Notes under the pieces: generated by a model
The model's input: only the letters and a program-made list of their open reading frames with translations
Told to the model about the DNA's origin: nothing
The model's database searches: none
Shown: in pieces, positions 20,740 through 30,839 of the stretch
Position numbering within the stretch: the first letter of the stretch is position 1
How the letters are laid out: the number at the start of each line of letters is the position of its first letter
Position numbers and translations under genes: made by a program
Origin: an uncultured Candidatus Poseidoniales archaeon
GTDB taxonomy: Archaea > Thermoplasmatota > Poseidoniia > Poseidoniales > Thalassarchaeaceae
Reading direction: 5' to 3'
Assembly: GCA_964343205.1 (NCBI GenBank)
Contig: CAYFID010000001.1
Span: forward strand, 10,835-74,834
Length of the DNA: 64,000 nt

Positions 20740-20758
20740 AACCGTTCGTAGAACGGTT
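20740..20758. promoter_or_regulatory. Perfect 8-bp inverted repeat between purD and aglB
   Basis: AACCGTTC-GTA-GAACGGTT; no U-tract follows on the minus strand; function unknown. Confidence 0.4.
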
Positions 20759-20790
20759 GCAATATAGGGCATCGAGATTAGGTGGCAGAA

Positions 20791-22065
20791 TCATGACCGA
20801 AGAGCACGGATTCCTATGTCTTTCCTATAGTGTGAGCCTTCTAAATCAATTCCCTCAATTAACTGGTACGAGGCATGCAAAGCCTCACCTAGGCTGGGTG
20901 CTATTCCGGTAGCAGAGAGAACTCTCCCTCCTGAGGAAACAAGATTGTGTTTGTTTTCTATTCTCACTCCGGACAGATGTGAGAAGGCTATCACCTGGCC
21001 TTCATCGATTCTTGCATCCCACCCTTTGATCGGCCTTCCTGAATATACCTCTCCTGGGTAACCCTCTGCAGCTAAGACGACGGTTGCTGCGTGCATCTCA
21101 CTAAACTCTACTGCAGCATCCGCAATCCTCCCTTGTGCGGTTGCCATTAGGGCGGAGCCGAAATCAGACTTGAATAGCGGAATTGTGACTTGTGCTTCTG
21201 GATCTCCCAGTCTGACATTGAACTCAACGACCCTAGGAGAGCCTTCTGCGTCAATCATTAGTCCAACGTACAGACACCCCCGATATGGAATCGGAAAATT
21301 CCTGAGGTAATGATGCATCGGCTCAACTATTTCTTCTCTTGTTCTAGCCAATACTGAAGGAGTTGCGACAGGGGCTGGTGCGTATGCCCCCATCCCCCCA
21401 GTATTGGGCCCCGAGTCACCATCTCCGACCCTCTTGTGATCCTGACTGGCAGGGAGCATTACGTATCCAGATTCGTCCATAATTACCAACACAGATGCTT
21501 CCTCCCCCGATAGGTGCTCCTCCAGTAGGACGAAACCGTCAGATTCCAACCCATCGAGTAATGCGAGATGGGCTTCCTCCCTAGAAGAGGTAACGATAAC
21601 ACCCTTTCCTCCGGCCAATATGTCCCTTTTAATGACCCAAGGAGGGGTAAAAAAATCTAGTGATTCCTCAATTGACATAGCATCCCTTACCACTTCGAAA
21701 TTTCCTGTTGGAACTGCAAGCGACTCCATAACCCTCTTTGCATGAAGTTTTGAGCCCTCCAGCATTGCACCTTCGGAATGTGGACCGAAACAGGGTATTT
21801 CTTCCTCCCAAAGTCTGTCAGCAAGACCGTCTACGAGTGGTGCTTCGGGACCTACTACTACTAAAGAGACGTCCAATCTTTGGGCAAGTCCAACTATTCC
21901 ATCAATATCTGATGAAGATACGTCATGATTGGTGGCGATAAAGGAGGTTCCAGCATTCCCCGGAGTACAATGTATTCCTGAGACAGACAGACTCTTTGAC
22001 AGACCAATGGCAATTGCATGCTCCCTGCCACCACTTCCTACGACTAGGACATCCAGGGGATTCAT
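20791..22065 (-). CDS. purD: Phosphoribosylamine-glycine ligase
   Basis: VVGSGGREHA, PGNAG, VGPEAPL, LEGSK, QDHKR, GPNTGGMGAY, EFNVRLGDPE, SSGGRV, YRKDIG. Confidence 0.97.
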   Translation of the reverse strand: MNPLDVLVVGSGGREHAIAIGLSKSLSVSGIHCTPGNAGTSFIATNHDVSSSDIDGIVGLAQRLDVSLVVVGPEAPLVDGLADRLWEEEIPCFGPHSEGAMLEGSKLHAKRVMESLAVPTGNFEVVRDAMSIEESLDFFTPPWVIKRDILAGGKGVIVTSSREEAHLALLDGLESDGFVLLEEHLSGEEASVLVIMDESGYVMLPASQDHKRVGDGDSGPNTGGMGAYAPAPVATPSVLARTREEIVEPMHHYLRNFPIPYRGCLYVGLMIDAEGSPRVVEFNVRLGDPEAQVTIPLFKSDFGSALMATAQGRIADAAVEFSEMHAATVVLAAEGYPGEVYSGRPIKGWDARIDEGQVIAFSHLSGVRIENKHNLVSSGGRVLSATGIAPSLGEALHASYQLIEGIDLEGSHYRKDIGIRALRS

Positions 22066-22114
22066 GGTTCGCGCTGGCTATGTATATGATAATGGATTCC
22101 ACTCAGAATGCTGA

Positions 22115-22798
22115 CTAGTAAGGAACGGACTTGAGGCCCAATCTGTATCCTAGAATATTGAACGACCTATGTAAAATGGGAGTGATAATGATTAGTATAG
22201 CCATGCCCATCAGAAGCTCTGAGCTTCCAACAATTGACGGATCAAGAAATAACTGCCCGAACACGAAAGTACATACTGCGAATGGAAGAGTATCGAGTAA
22301 AGGGGCCTCGGAGCTAGTACTGCCCTCCCTCTTGTGACCAGTTCGCCGCTTAACGAACGATCCCACGGAATCACCTAGCATGCATCCAAAGCCTAGTACA
22401 CACCCCAAAACAAATGCTGCAGCAATTCCGCCACCCATATAGAACCAAGCATCCGAGATATCCATTGCTCCAGTGCCATAAGACTCCAGAGGGTCTAGTA
22501 ATGGTGCGGAACCCAAATTGTTTCCCTTTGCAATCGAATGGGTAAACACCCCTAATAGGCCTCCGCCAATAGTCCCCCCGACAAGACCGTTCCATGTCTT
22601 TCCATCTCCAAGAATCCTGTTCCCGTCCCCCATTACTCTGCCCCCGTCTATTGTGTAAACGGGAATTCCAGTCAAGTCTGGAATCCATTTTCCACCTAGC
22701 ATTGCAGCAGTATTGGACAAATATCCCGGCAAGTACAACCAAAGAACAAGGAATGTGGCCATAAGTGGATCCTCCCAAGGTAGATTCTCCGATGACAT
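22115..22798 (-). CDS. carS: CDP-archaeol synthase (CDP-2,3-bis-O-geranylgeranyl-sn-glycerol synthase)
   Basis: LPGYLSN, IDGG...RILGDGKTWNG, GDSVGSFVKRR, PLLD, HRSFNILGYRLGLKSVPY; multiple TM segments. Start moved to ATG 22798. Confidence 0.92.
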   Translation of the reverse strand: MSSENLPWEDPLMATFLVLWLYLPGYLSNTAAMLGGKWIPDLTGIPVYTIDGGRVMGDGNRILGDGKTWNGLVGGTIGGGLLGVFTHSIAKGNNLGSAPLLDPLESYGTGAMDISDAWFYMGGGIAAAFVLGCVLGFGCMLGDSVGSFVKRRTGHKREGSTSSEAPLLDTLPFAVCTFVFGQLFLDPSIVGSSELLMGMAILIIITPILHRSFNILGYRLGLKSVPY

Positions 22799-22917
22799 CA
22801 ATCGAGGCAGTGAAATCAGGAGGATGAACCTTCGCACATTTCAATGAGTGGATAATTAGCGAAAAATTCAGACTTGCCGGGGTGAGATTCATGTTCCTTC
22901 TAATGTGCCGGGGGACG

Positions 22918-24300
22918 ATGGGTGCTAGGATTACCGCCATAGTTTGCCTGACTCTTGTAGCATCCGTAGTTTCCTTGGCGGGAAATTCAATGGCCGAAGG
23001 CGAAGACATTATTGTAGAGTCTAATCTTACATGGATGAACGATATGGATCTCTCTCAGAATGTCCGAGTTGTCAACGGAGGTTCACTGACACTAACAGGA
23101 ATTGAAATTTCCATCTCCGATGGAATAGAGATTTTTGTAGATGCTGAATCTTCGATTACAGTACAAAGCGCCATATTGAAATCAAATAATACAGATGATG
23201 AAAATCCGGGGGATGGCGAGGGTTATACAATTGTTGTGGATGGGAAAATGGAAGCGAGAAATTCAACTATTAATGGAGCAGGGATTTCTACATCCGGTTC
23301 ACTCTATATCAATGACACAGCATTGGAGAAATCGGGGCCAGTGATTCTAGAAGCGGACGAGTCATCGATTTATCTGGGTGGCAAGAGCAGTTTCTCGAAT
23401 AGCAGCGATGGGCACGACATCAAGTCTAGGGCATTTTCCACGATCAACTGGGGGGAGGAAGTAACAGGGTCGGGAGGGGACACGAACAAGTGGGAGAGGA
23501 GGCTTGCTGGGCAAAACATCGTGTTTGATGCAGTATTCGTGACCTATGAGATTACTGGGATGTATCAAAAAGAAGTCTATACCAACTATAGCAATCAAGA
23601 TGGCGTTTCATTTATCGATGGTGGGAAGGAGAGAGTGGTTGAGATTGCTTGGTCGGATGACAATACATTGGAGATTAATCCAATCTGGACTGAGAAAGCT
23701 ATTGTTACCGTCACAGAATATAGAACAGCATGGAATCCAGTAGAGTCAGGAATAGGGAACTATGGCGGTGGGCAGTTCGAATTGTTATGGGATACCACAG
23801 TTCTTGCTGATTCTGGCACCCCCGAGATTGGATGGGAGTCTATTACCCCTCTAGACGAAGAAGGAGTGAGAATTAGTGAGGCCTCGATTGGAGAGTCAGT
23901 AAACATCGAAGCAGTGATTGCAAACTCGGGAACTGCCGCTGCTTCCTTGGCGATAGGGTGTGAGTTGTCCGGTACTGGAGAATCTGCACAGATATCGCCG
24001 TCTTTCCCGAATACCGTGGTTGCACCCGGGGGACAGGCCACGATTTCTTTCAGCTGGCGATCTTCTAATATTGGCGAAGAAGCCCTATCATGCAGAATTC
24101 TAACTCCCACCCAACTGGTCGATGAGATGGCATTCGGGGGAGGAATGATGACCAGCGGAACACTTGCATGGCAAGAGGGATCTAGCGATAACGATGCAGA
24201 ATCTACCCTCATTCCCGCGGTTGTTGCACTTCTTTTCGGTGCTGCTATTGGAGGGTATTTGCTATTCTCGATATATCAAGAGCAAGAGTTTGAAGATTAG
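22918..24300 (+). CDS. Secreted acidic protein with beta-helix-like N-terminus, CARDB/Ig-like domain and C-terminal TM
   Basis: Signal peptide MGARITAIVCLTLVASVVSLA; VVNGGSLTLTG; IEAVIANSGTAAA; TM LIPAVVALLFGAAIGGYLLFSIY. Confidence 0.7.
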   Translation: MGARITAIVCLTLVASVVSLAGNSMAEGEDIIVESNLTWMNDMDLSQNVRVVNGGSLTLTGIEISISDGIEIFVDAESSITVQSAILKSNNTDDENPGDGEGYTIVVDGKMEARNSTINGAGISTSGSLYINDTALEKSGPVILEADESSIYLGGKSSFSNSSDGHDIKSRAFSTINWGEEVTGSGGDTNKWERRLAGQNIVFDAVFVTYEITGMYQKEVYTNYSNQDGVSFIDGGKERVVEIAWSDDNTLEINPIWTEKAIVTVTEYRTAWNPVESGIGNYGGGQFELLWDTTVLADSGTPEIGWESITPLDEEGVRISEASIGESVNIEAVIANSGTAAASLAIGCELSGTGESAQISPSFPNTVVAPGGQATISFSWRSSNIGEEALSCRILTPTQLVDEMAFGGGMMTSGTLAWQEGSSDNDAESTLIPAVVALLFGAAIGGYLLFSIYQEQEFED

Positions 24301-25755
<1,455 letters not shown>

Positions 25756-27072
25756 TTAGGAAAAAAGTCTATTCTCTACAATTCTAGAAACATTAGACTC
25801 GTGGCCAGGGAGTGTCATGACGTAGACTACGTCTTGGCTAACCTGTCTCTTTCTAAGTGCCTCCGCCATCGGAGTCATCTCCTTCAACCATCTTGTTTTC
25901 CCGTCATTTCCTATGACCTTGACGTCTACCTGTGCCATCCTCGGTTCAGAAAGAAGTAGTTTGACGCTTGGAACGTCGATTGCTACATAACCGGGATCTA
26001 ATCCAGACCTGTAAGCCATTTCGTCCTCCAATTCCCTCCTAGAATTAGGGTCACTCGCAATAGAGGCCAGTCTTTCGATCTGATCATTAGTCAAATCTTC
26101 TTTTCTCCTACTCAAACAGACCTTGAGCAACCTCCTGTACTTTAGTCTTGTAATCATGTCTTTTGCAAAGTCTCCTGCACTTTCCAGCGAGCCCCATATC
26201 TCAGCATCTACCATTCTTTGAAGATCGAGAGAGTCTGGCAAATTGTTTCCAGCCCGTTCTACTGCTCTGGATAGCATGACCTCTGTAATTCTTGTTACTT
26301 TGTGGAAGTAAACCGCACTGTACATCAGGCCTCTAGCCATTAGCATCCCCTCAAGGGCGGGCATCCCTCCCTGCTCAACAGCTACATCCCCCCCCTCACT
26401 ACTTAGGCACTCAACCAGCCTCCGATGATCTACAATACCGTGCTTTACTCCAGTGAAGTGAGAATCCCTCAGGAGGTAGTCTAGCTGGTCGCAATCTACT
26501 GGACCATGAATCAGTTTAGCCATAGTCTGGTCCTCGCCTGTGAAGTCTCCACTTCCTTCAGTCCAACTAAGCAATGACCTCTCAGTTCCTGAGGCATCAG
26601 GGCCTCTGATCAACGATGCTACGTGTTTTGGATCTAATTCGTAGTCTTCTAGAATTTCAGGAATTGATCTCCTTCTTCCGAATGAGGAGCTTTCGCCATG
26701 GCCTAGAACATCGTATTCACCCAATATTATCCCCTGAGTAACCGACATGTGGTCCATTCCACCTCTTTCCTCTAGAATATGCTCAAGAGTGTGGGAGTAT
26801 GGCCCATGACCGACATCATGAAGCATTGCTGCTACTTGTAAAGTGGACTTTTCATGTTCATCAAGTGAAAGGGAATCGGCCATTCTACCAGCCAAATGTG
26901 ATGCCCCCAATGAGTGCTCGAATCTAGTATGGTGCGCTCCTGGAAAAACTAGGTGAGCCAGGCCAAGCTGTTTGATATGGCTGAGCTTGTTTATCTCAGG
27001 GGAAGCAAGCAAATCCTCCGTGGCCCCGCCCAGTTTGAACTGGCCATGGATTGCGTCGTTGATGATTTTCAC
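25756..27072 (-). CDS. HD-domain phosphohydrolase (dNTP triphosphohydrolase / SAMHD1-like)
   Basis: INDAIHG, IKQLG, HTRFEHSLG, LHDVGHGPYSH, DCDQLDYLLRD, MYSAVYFH. Likely start GTG 27072, 5 nt after a GGTGA SD. Confidence 0.92.
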   Translation of the reverse strand: MKIINDAIHGQFKLGGATEDLLASPEINKLSHIKQLGLAHLVFPGAHHTRFEHSLGASHLAGRMADSLSLDEHEKSTLQVAAMLHDVGHGPYSHTLEHILEERGGMDHMSVTQGIILGEYDVLGHGESSSFGRRRSIPEILEDYELDPKHVASLIRGPDASGTERSLLSWTEGSGDFTGEDQTMAKLIHGPVDCDQLDYLLRDSHFTGVKHGIVDHRRLVECLSSEGGDVAVEQGGMPALEGMLMARGLMYSAVYFHKVTRITEVMLSRAVERAGNNLPDSLDLQRMVDAEIWGSLESAGDFAKDMITRLKYRRLLKVCLSRRKEDLTNDQIERLASIASDPNSRRELEDEMAYRSGLDPGYVAIDVPSVKLLLSEPRMAQVDVKVIGNDGKTRWLKEMTPMAEALRKRQVSQDVVYVMTLPGHESNVSRIVENRLFS

Positions 27073-27152
27073 AATTTCACCTATTGCGCCCAGATACCCA
27101 TCTGACTTGAACCGCTCGTTGGTTAGAAAATATGTCCCTGCTGTATCGTATA

Positions 27153-27183
27153 TGTATTTCATTTGAAATTCAAATGCAATACA
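27153..27183. promoter_or_regulatory. 31-bp AT-rich palindrome, putative operator in the divergent HD/RHH promoter region
   Basis: TGTATTtCATTTGAA-A-TTCAAATGcAATACA: 15-bp arms with one mismatch, immediately followed by TTATAT (27185-27190). Confidence 0.65.
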
Positions 27184-27228
27184 ATTATATGCCAACCACT
27201 TCTCTCGCAGACTCAGGAGGAGCATGAA

Positions 27229-27594
27229 GTGCCCGGCAACAGTCCAATGGTCTCGCTTAGAATTCCCGAAGATCACCTTCTGGAGCTAGACAGATTGGTC
27301 GGTTTTGACGGGATGAGGAATAGGTCCGATGTAATTAGAGAAGCGATTCGAAGAATGCTATCTTCACCAATACCTGGAAAGGGAGACAGGATTGAGGTTG
27401 ACCTTGGGCCTGATTTGACAATAAGGCTGAGAGACTACTGCAAGGTTGTGGGAGAATCAGCAGATGTAGTGCTTAGGCAATCTGCCAGAGAAATGATCCG
27501 CAAAGAGATGATCGAGGGTGCCACAGTTGTGGACCTACTAAGAAAGCGTATGGAAGAGTTGCGCTTTAGGCATGATGAGGATTCAAACGCTTGA
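27229..27594 (+). CDS. Ribbon-helix-helix (CopG/NikR/CdrS-like) regulator, probably with two tandem RHH units
   Basis: MVSLRIPEDHLLELDRLV...NRSDVIREAIRRML, then a second unit RIEVDLGPDL...VVLRQSAREMI. GGAGG SD before GTG 27229. Confidence 0.85.
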   Translation: MPGNSPMVSLRIPEDHLLELDRLVGFDGMRNRSDVIREAIRRMLSSPIPGKGDRIEVDLGPDLTIRLRDYCKVVGESADVVLRQSAREMIRKEMIEGATVVDLLRKRMEELRFRHDEDSNA

Positions 27595-27605
27595 GGTGAG
27601 AGAGA

Positions 27606-27794
27606 TTGAGCGATGTTGGGATGCACACACACAAACCGGGGGGGCGGCAAAGCCGCTCCCCCAACCACAATTCGACTAAGGCCAAGAGTTACGGAAACGG
27701 CCTTAGAAAAATTCGAAACAGGGCTAAAGCATTGAGCAATGCGGTGGGTTATGACTCACGTGAGGCCCCAAGAATGCCTAGGAAAGCGGAATAG
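27606..27794 (+). CDS. Small, highly basic hypothetical protein (62 aa)
   Basis: GAGGTGA SD overlaps the RHH stop, 6 nt before TTG; K/R-rich sequence; no family recognised. Confidence 0.5.
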   Translation: MSDVGMHTHKPGGRQSRSPNHNSTKAKSYGNGLRKIRNRAKALSNAVGYDSREAPRMPRKAE

Positions 27795-27818
27795 GTTTAG
27801 TTTCTCCATACACACACC

Positions 27819-27839
27819 GTCCCGCACCCGTTGCGGGAC
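27819..27839. other. GC-rich hairpin (possible terminator or RNA structure)
   Basis: GTCCCGCA-CCCGT-TGCGGGAC, a perfect 8-bp stem between the small ORF and the dikinase-like gene. Confidence 0.4.
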
Positions 27840-27889
27840 AACCTTCCGTTCTCCTGAAATGCAATGCCGTAGACCGGGCAGACAATCAC

Positions 27890-30799
27890 ATGGACGGGAG
27901 CGTCGAAGAGTGGAACAGGTTCGAGAGGTTAACCCCTTTCCGCGTTAGGGAAGTTCTCCTAATTGCTAGTCAGTTCGACCGATATTTACTGGAAGAGTCA
28001 GGTCACCTAGCAGAGATTCTTCAAGAAGAGTATACTGTGCTAAATCTTTCACAAGCACCCAGGATTATCCACAGCCCGGATGCCAAAGATGCGATAGAGC
28101 TTGTATCGAGCAGGAAATTCGATCTCGTCATCACGATGTCCAAGGTAGGAAAGATGGACGTCTACGAACTGGCTAGAAAATTGAAGAAAATCGAAGACGG
28201 AATGCCGGTAGTAATGCTAAGTCAGAACACCAGGGAGCTGGCGACACTGAGAACGGGAGACGGAATAGACCGGATTTTCGTCTGGAGCGGTGATAGCAGA
28301 ATTTTGCTGTCAATATGTAAACTGATTGAGGATGAGAAGAATGTTGAGAATGACGTCAGAGAGGGGGACGTACAGGTGATTCTCCTGGTTGAGGACAGCA
28401 GGAGGTTCTACTCGGCATACCTTCCACTTCTGTATACCCAGTTGGTAAACCAGACTAGTAGATTGACTGGTGAAGGTGGAAACCTACATGAGAACCTACT
28501 GAGGCTAAGAGCCAGAGCGAAGATTCTGCTCGCTACAGACATGGATGAAGCAAAGGGAATCATAGACAGATACTCCAGGAACATAATTGGGGTCTTCACA
28601 GATGGCCGTTTTCCCAATCAAGGAGGGGAGAGAGAAACAGCAGGATTGGAGCTCGTAAAATATGCAGAGAGCGGACACAGGTACCTTCCAATACTTCTCC
28701 AATCAAAGAACATAGAATTGAAAGAAGATGCGGAAGCTATTGGTGTTCCATTCCTTCACAAGGAAGATCCGATGCTGTACCAGAGAATTGAGGAGTTCAT
28801 GCAAGAAGAAATGAGCTTCGGAGATTTCATATTTAAGACTCCAGAAGGGATTGAGATTGGCAGGGCATCAAACCTAGAGGGTTTGGCAGAAATGGTTAGC
28901 GAAGTCCCATTGGAGTCCCTAGAATTCCATGCAAGTAGGAATGAATTCTCACACTGGCTCAGAGGTAGGACCGAATTCTCTCTGGCATCTTCATTAAGAC
29001 CAATGACATTGGAAGATTTCGATCACTCAGATGAGGTCAGAAACCATATCTCAGAGACAATAAAGTCACACATCCAGAGTGTAAGAAAAAGGACCATCAG
29101 GGATCATGACTCTAAATCAGAAAACGGGGGTTTCCAGAGAATCGGTAGAGGCAGCCTAGGGGGGAAAGGCAGGGGTCTGGCCTTCTTCTATACTAGGATG
29201 GATCAGCTAGAGCTTGGCGTGACATACCCCGAAATCGAATTCGTAGTGCCGAACTCAGTAGTAATTGCAACTGGTGTTTTCGGGGACTTCATCGGTAGAA
29301 ATAATCTATCCAGATTTGCTTACGGCGACTACAGTGATGAAGAGATAAATGAGTCGTTCCTTGCTGGAGACTTCGGTGAAGAGGTCGAGGAAATCAGGGA
29401 GATGTTGGACAAAACCTCCTGGCCTGTGGCTGTTCGCTCTTCGAGCCTACTCGAAGACTCTAGTCACCAACCCTTCGCTGGAGTCTACGCGACATACATG
29501 CTGGCCAACGATCACTCAGATTTGGATGTTAGATTGAGGCGCCTACTACAGGCAATAAAACTAGTTTACGCTTCAATATTCCATAAGAATGCCAAGGACT
29601 ACATCACCGCAACGGCAAGCAATATCGAGGACGAGAGGATGGCTGTTGTGGTCCAGGAAGTGATAGGAAGGAAGACTTCTGGCAGGTTCTATCCGGATAT
29701 TTCGGGTGCAGCGAGGAGTCGGAACCACTACCCAGTAGACCCTCTAAAGATGGAGGATGGGCTTGCTGCAGTCTGTATTGGCCTAGGCAGACAGGTCTCT
29801 ACGGGGGGGAAATGCTTGAGATTCAGCCCGGGACAACCAAAGAGAATCCATCAGTTCTACAGCACCAATTCAATCATAGAAACGTCCCAAAGTAGATTTT
29901 TCGCGATTCCTATGTGTGAAGAATACGGTGACGTCTATCCATCTGAGGAAGAAAACCTGGTTCACTTGGGCCTTAATGATGCCGAGGAAGATGGCAGGCT
30001 CTCTTTGGTGGGTTCTACATACTTAGCCTCTGACGACAGAATTGTGGATTCGATAAAGACCAGTGGTGGATCAAGGCTGGTAACCTTCGCTCCAGTTCTA
30101 AAACGCGAGAAATTTCCACTTGCCCCAATCTTGGACCATGTTCTAAAGACTTGTGAGGAGTTCCTTGCAAGCCCTGTGGAAATGGAGTTTGCGATCAACG
30201 TTGACCGGGATAGTGGGGATAGGAAGTTCGCCATCCTACAGGTTAGGCAACTGATGGACGAGTCCGTGGACATAGACATCGACTTAGACAAGATTGATCG
30301 AAGTAAGGCTGTCTGTGTAAGCAGCAAGTCACTTGGCAATGGGGTGATCGAAGGAGTCAATGATGTCGTATATGTTCACCCCGATCGTATGGATAGGATG
30401 AGGACTGTAGAGTTGGTTCCGTTGATAGAGGAGATTGACGCGAGGCTTAGAAAGGAAGGAAGGCCATACTTGCTGATTGGCCCTGGGAGATGGGGGTCAT
30501 CGGACCCCTCCCTGGGAATTCCTGTTCAATGGAACCAAATCATGGGGGCTAAGACGATTGTCGAAGCCCCAATGTCCGACATTCACGTAGACCCCTCCCA
30601 AGGGACTCACTTCTTCCAGAACATTGTGACCTTCAACATAGGTTATCTAACCATAATTAAAGGTGACCTGGTAGACTGGAGATGGTTGGACTCTCATGAC
30701 CCCAAAGTCGACAAGAAGGGGATGAGGCATATTTCCTTGGACGGCCCTCTCAAGGTTGTTCTGGACAGCCGGGACTCGGAGGCAATCGTAGTTAGATGA
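27890..30799 (+). CDS. Receiver-domain / PEP-synthase (PPDK_N) ATP-grasp hybrid protein lacking the pyruvate-binding barrel
   Basis: Two REC-like domains (FDLVITM; ILLVED...VFTD...LLQS...FLHK); SLEFHASRNEFSHWLR; PPDK_N motifs GGKGRGL, AVRSSSLLED, FAGVY, MAVVVQE, EMEFA, ILQVR; C-terminal GPGRWGS...SQGTHFF. Confidence 0.85.
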   Translation: MDGSVEEWNRFERLTPFRVREVLLIASQFDRYLLEESGHLAEILQEEYTVLNLSQAPRIIHSPDAKDAIELVSSRKFDLVITMSKVGKMDVYELARKLKKIEDGMPVVMLSQNTRELATLRTGDGIDRIFVWSGDSRILLSICKLIEDEKNVENDVREGDVQVILLVEDSRRFYSAYLPLLYTQLVNQTSRLTGEGGNLHENLLRLRARAKILLATDMDEAKGIIDRYSRNIIGVFTDGRFPNQGGERETAGLELVKYAESGHRYLPILLQSKNIELKEDAEAIGVPFLHKEDPMLYQRIEEFMQEEMSFGDFIFKTPEGIEIGRASNLEGLAEMVSEVPLESLEFHASRNEFSHWLRGRTEFSLASSLRPMTLEDFDHSDEVRNHISETIKSHIQSVRKRTIRDHDSKSENGGFQRIGRGSLGGKGRGLAFFYTRMDQLELGVTYPEIEFVVPNSVVIATGVFGDFIGRNNLSRFAYGDYSDEEINESFLAGDFGEEVEEIREMLDKTSWPVAVRSSSLLEDSSHQPFAGVYATYMLANDHSDLDVRLRRLLQAIKLVYASIFHKNAKDYITATASNIEDERMAVVVQEVIGRKTSGRFYPDISGAARSRNHYPVDPLKMEDGLAAVCIGLGRQVSTGGKCLRFSPGQPKRIHQFYSTNSIIETSQSRFFAIPMCEEYGDVYPSEEENLVHLGLNDAEEDGRLSLVGSTYLASDDRIVDSIKTSGGSRLVTFAPVLKREKFPLAPILDHVLKTCEEFLASPVEMEFAINVDRDSGDRKFAILQVRQLMDESVDIDIDLDKIDRSKAVCVSSKSLGNGVIEGVNDVVYVHPDRMDRMRTVELVPLIEEIDARLRKEGRPYLLIGPGRWGSSDPSLGIPVQWNQIMGAKTIVEAPMSDIHVDPSQGTHFFQNIVTFNIGYLTIIKGDLVDWRWLDSHDPKVDKKGMRHISLDGPLKVVLDSRDSEAIVVR

Positions 30800-30839
30800 G
30801 GCCAATCTTCTTGGTCGTTCTATTTTCACGTAGTACCCC

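Noticed and set aside
22371..23009. 212-aa minus-strand ORF overlapping carS and the next gene
   Set aside because: An alternative frame across two well-supported genes with no recognisable motifs.
27073..27276. Apparent overlap of the HD ORF (to 27276) and the RHH ORF (from 27163)
   Set aside because: An artefact of longest-ORF starts; SD-supported starts at 27072 and 27229 leave a normal divergent promoter region.
27890..30799. Annotation as ppsA (PEP synthase) or as a classical histidine kinase
   Set aside because: It lacks the C-terminal PEP/pyruvate-binding barrel and the canonical TSHAAI motif, and has no HisKA/HATPase boxes.
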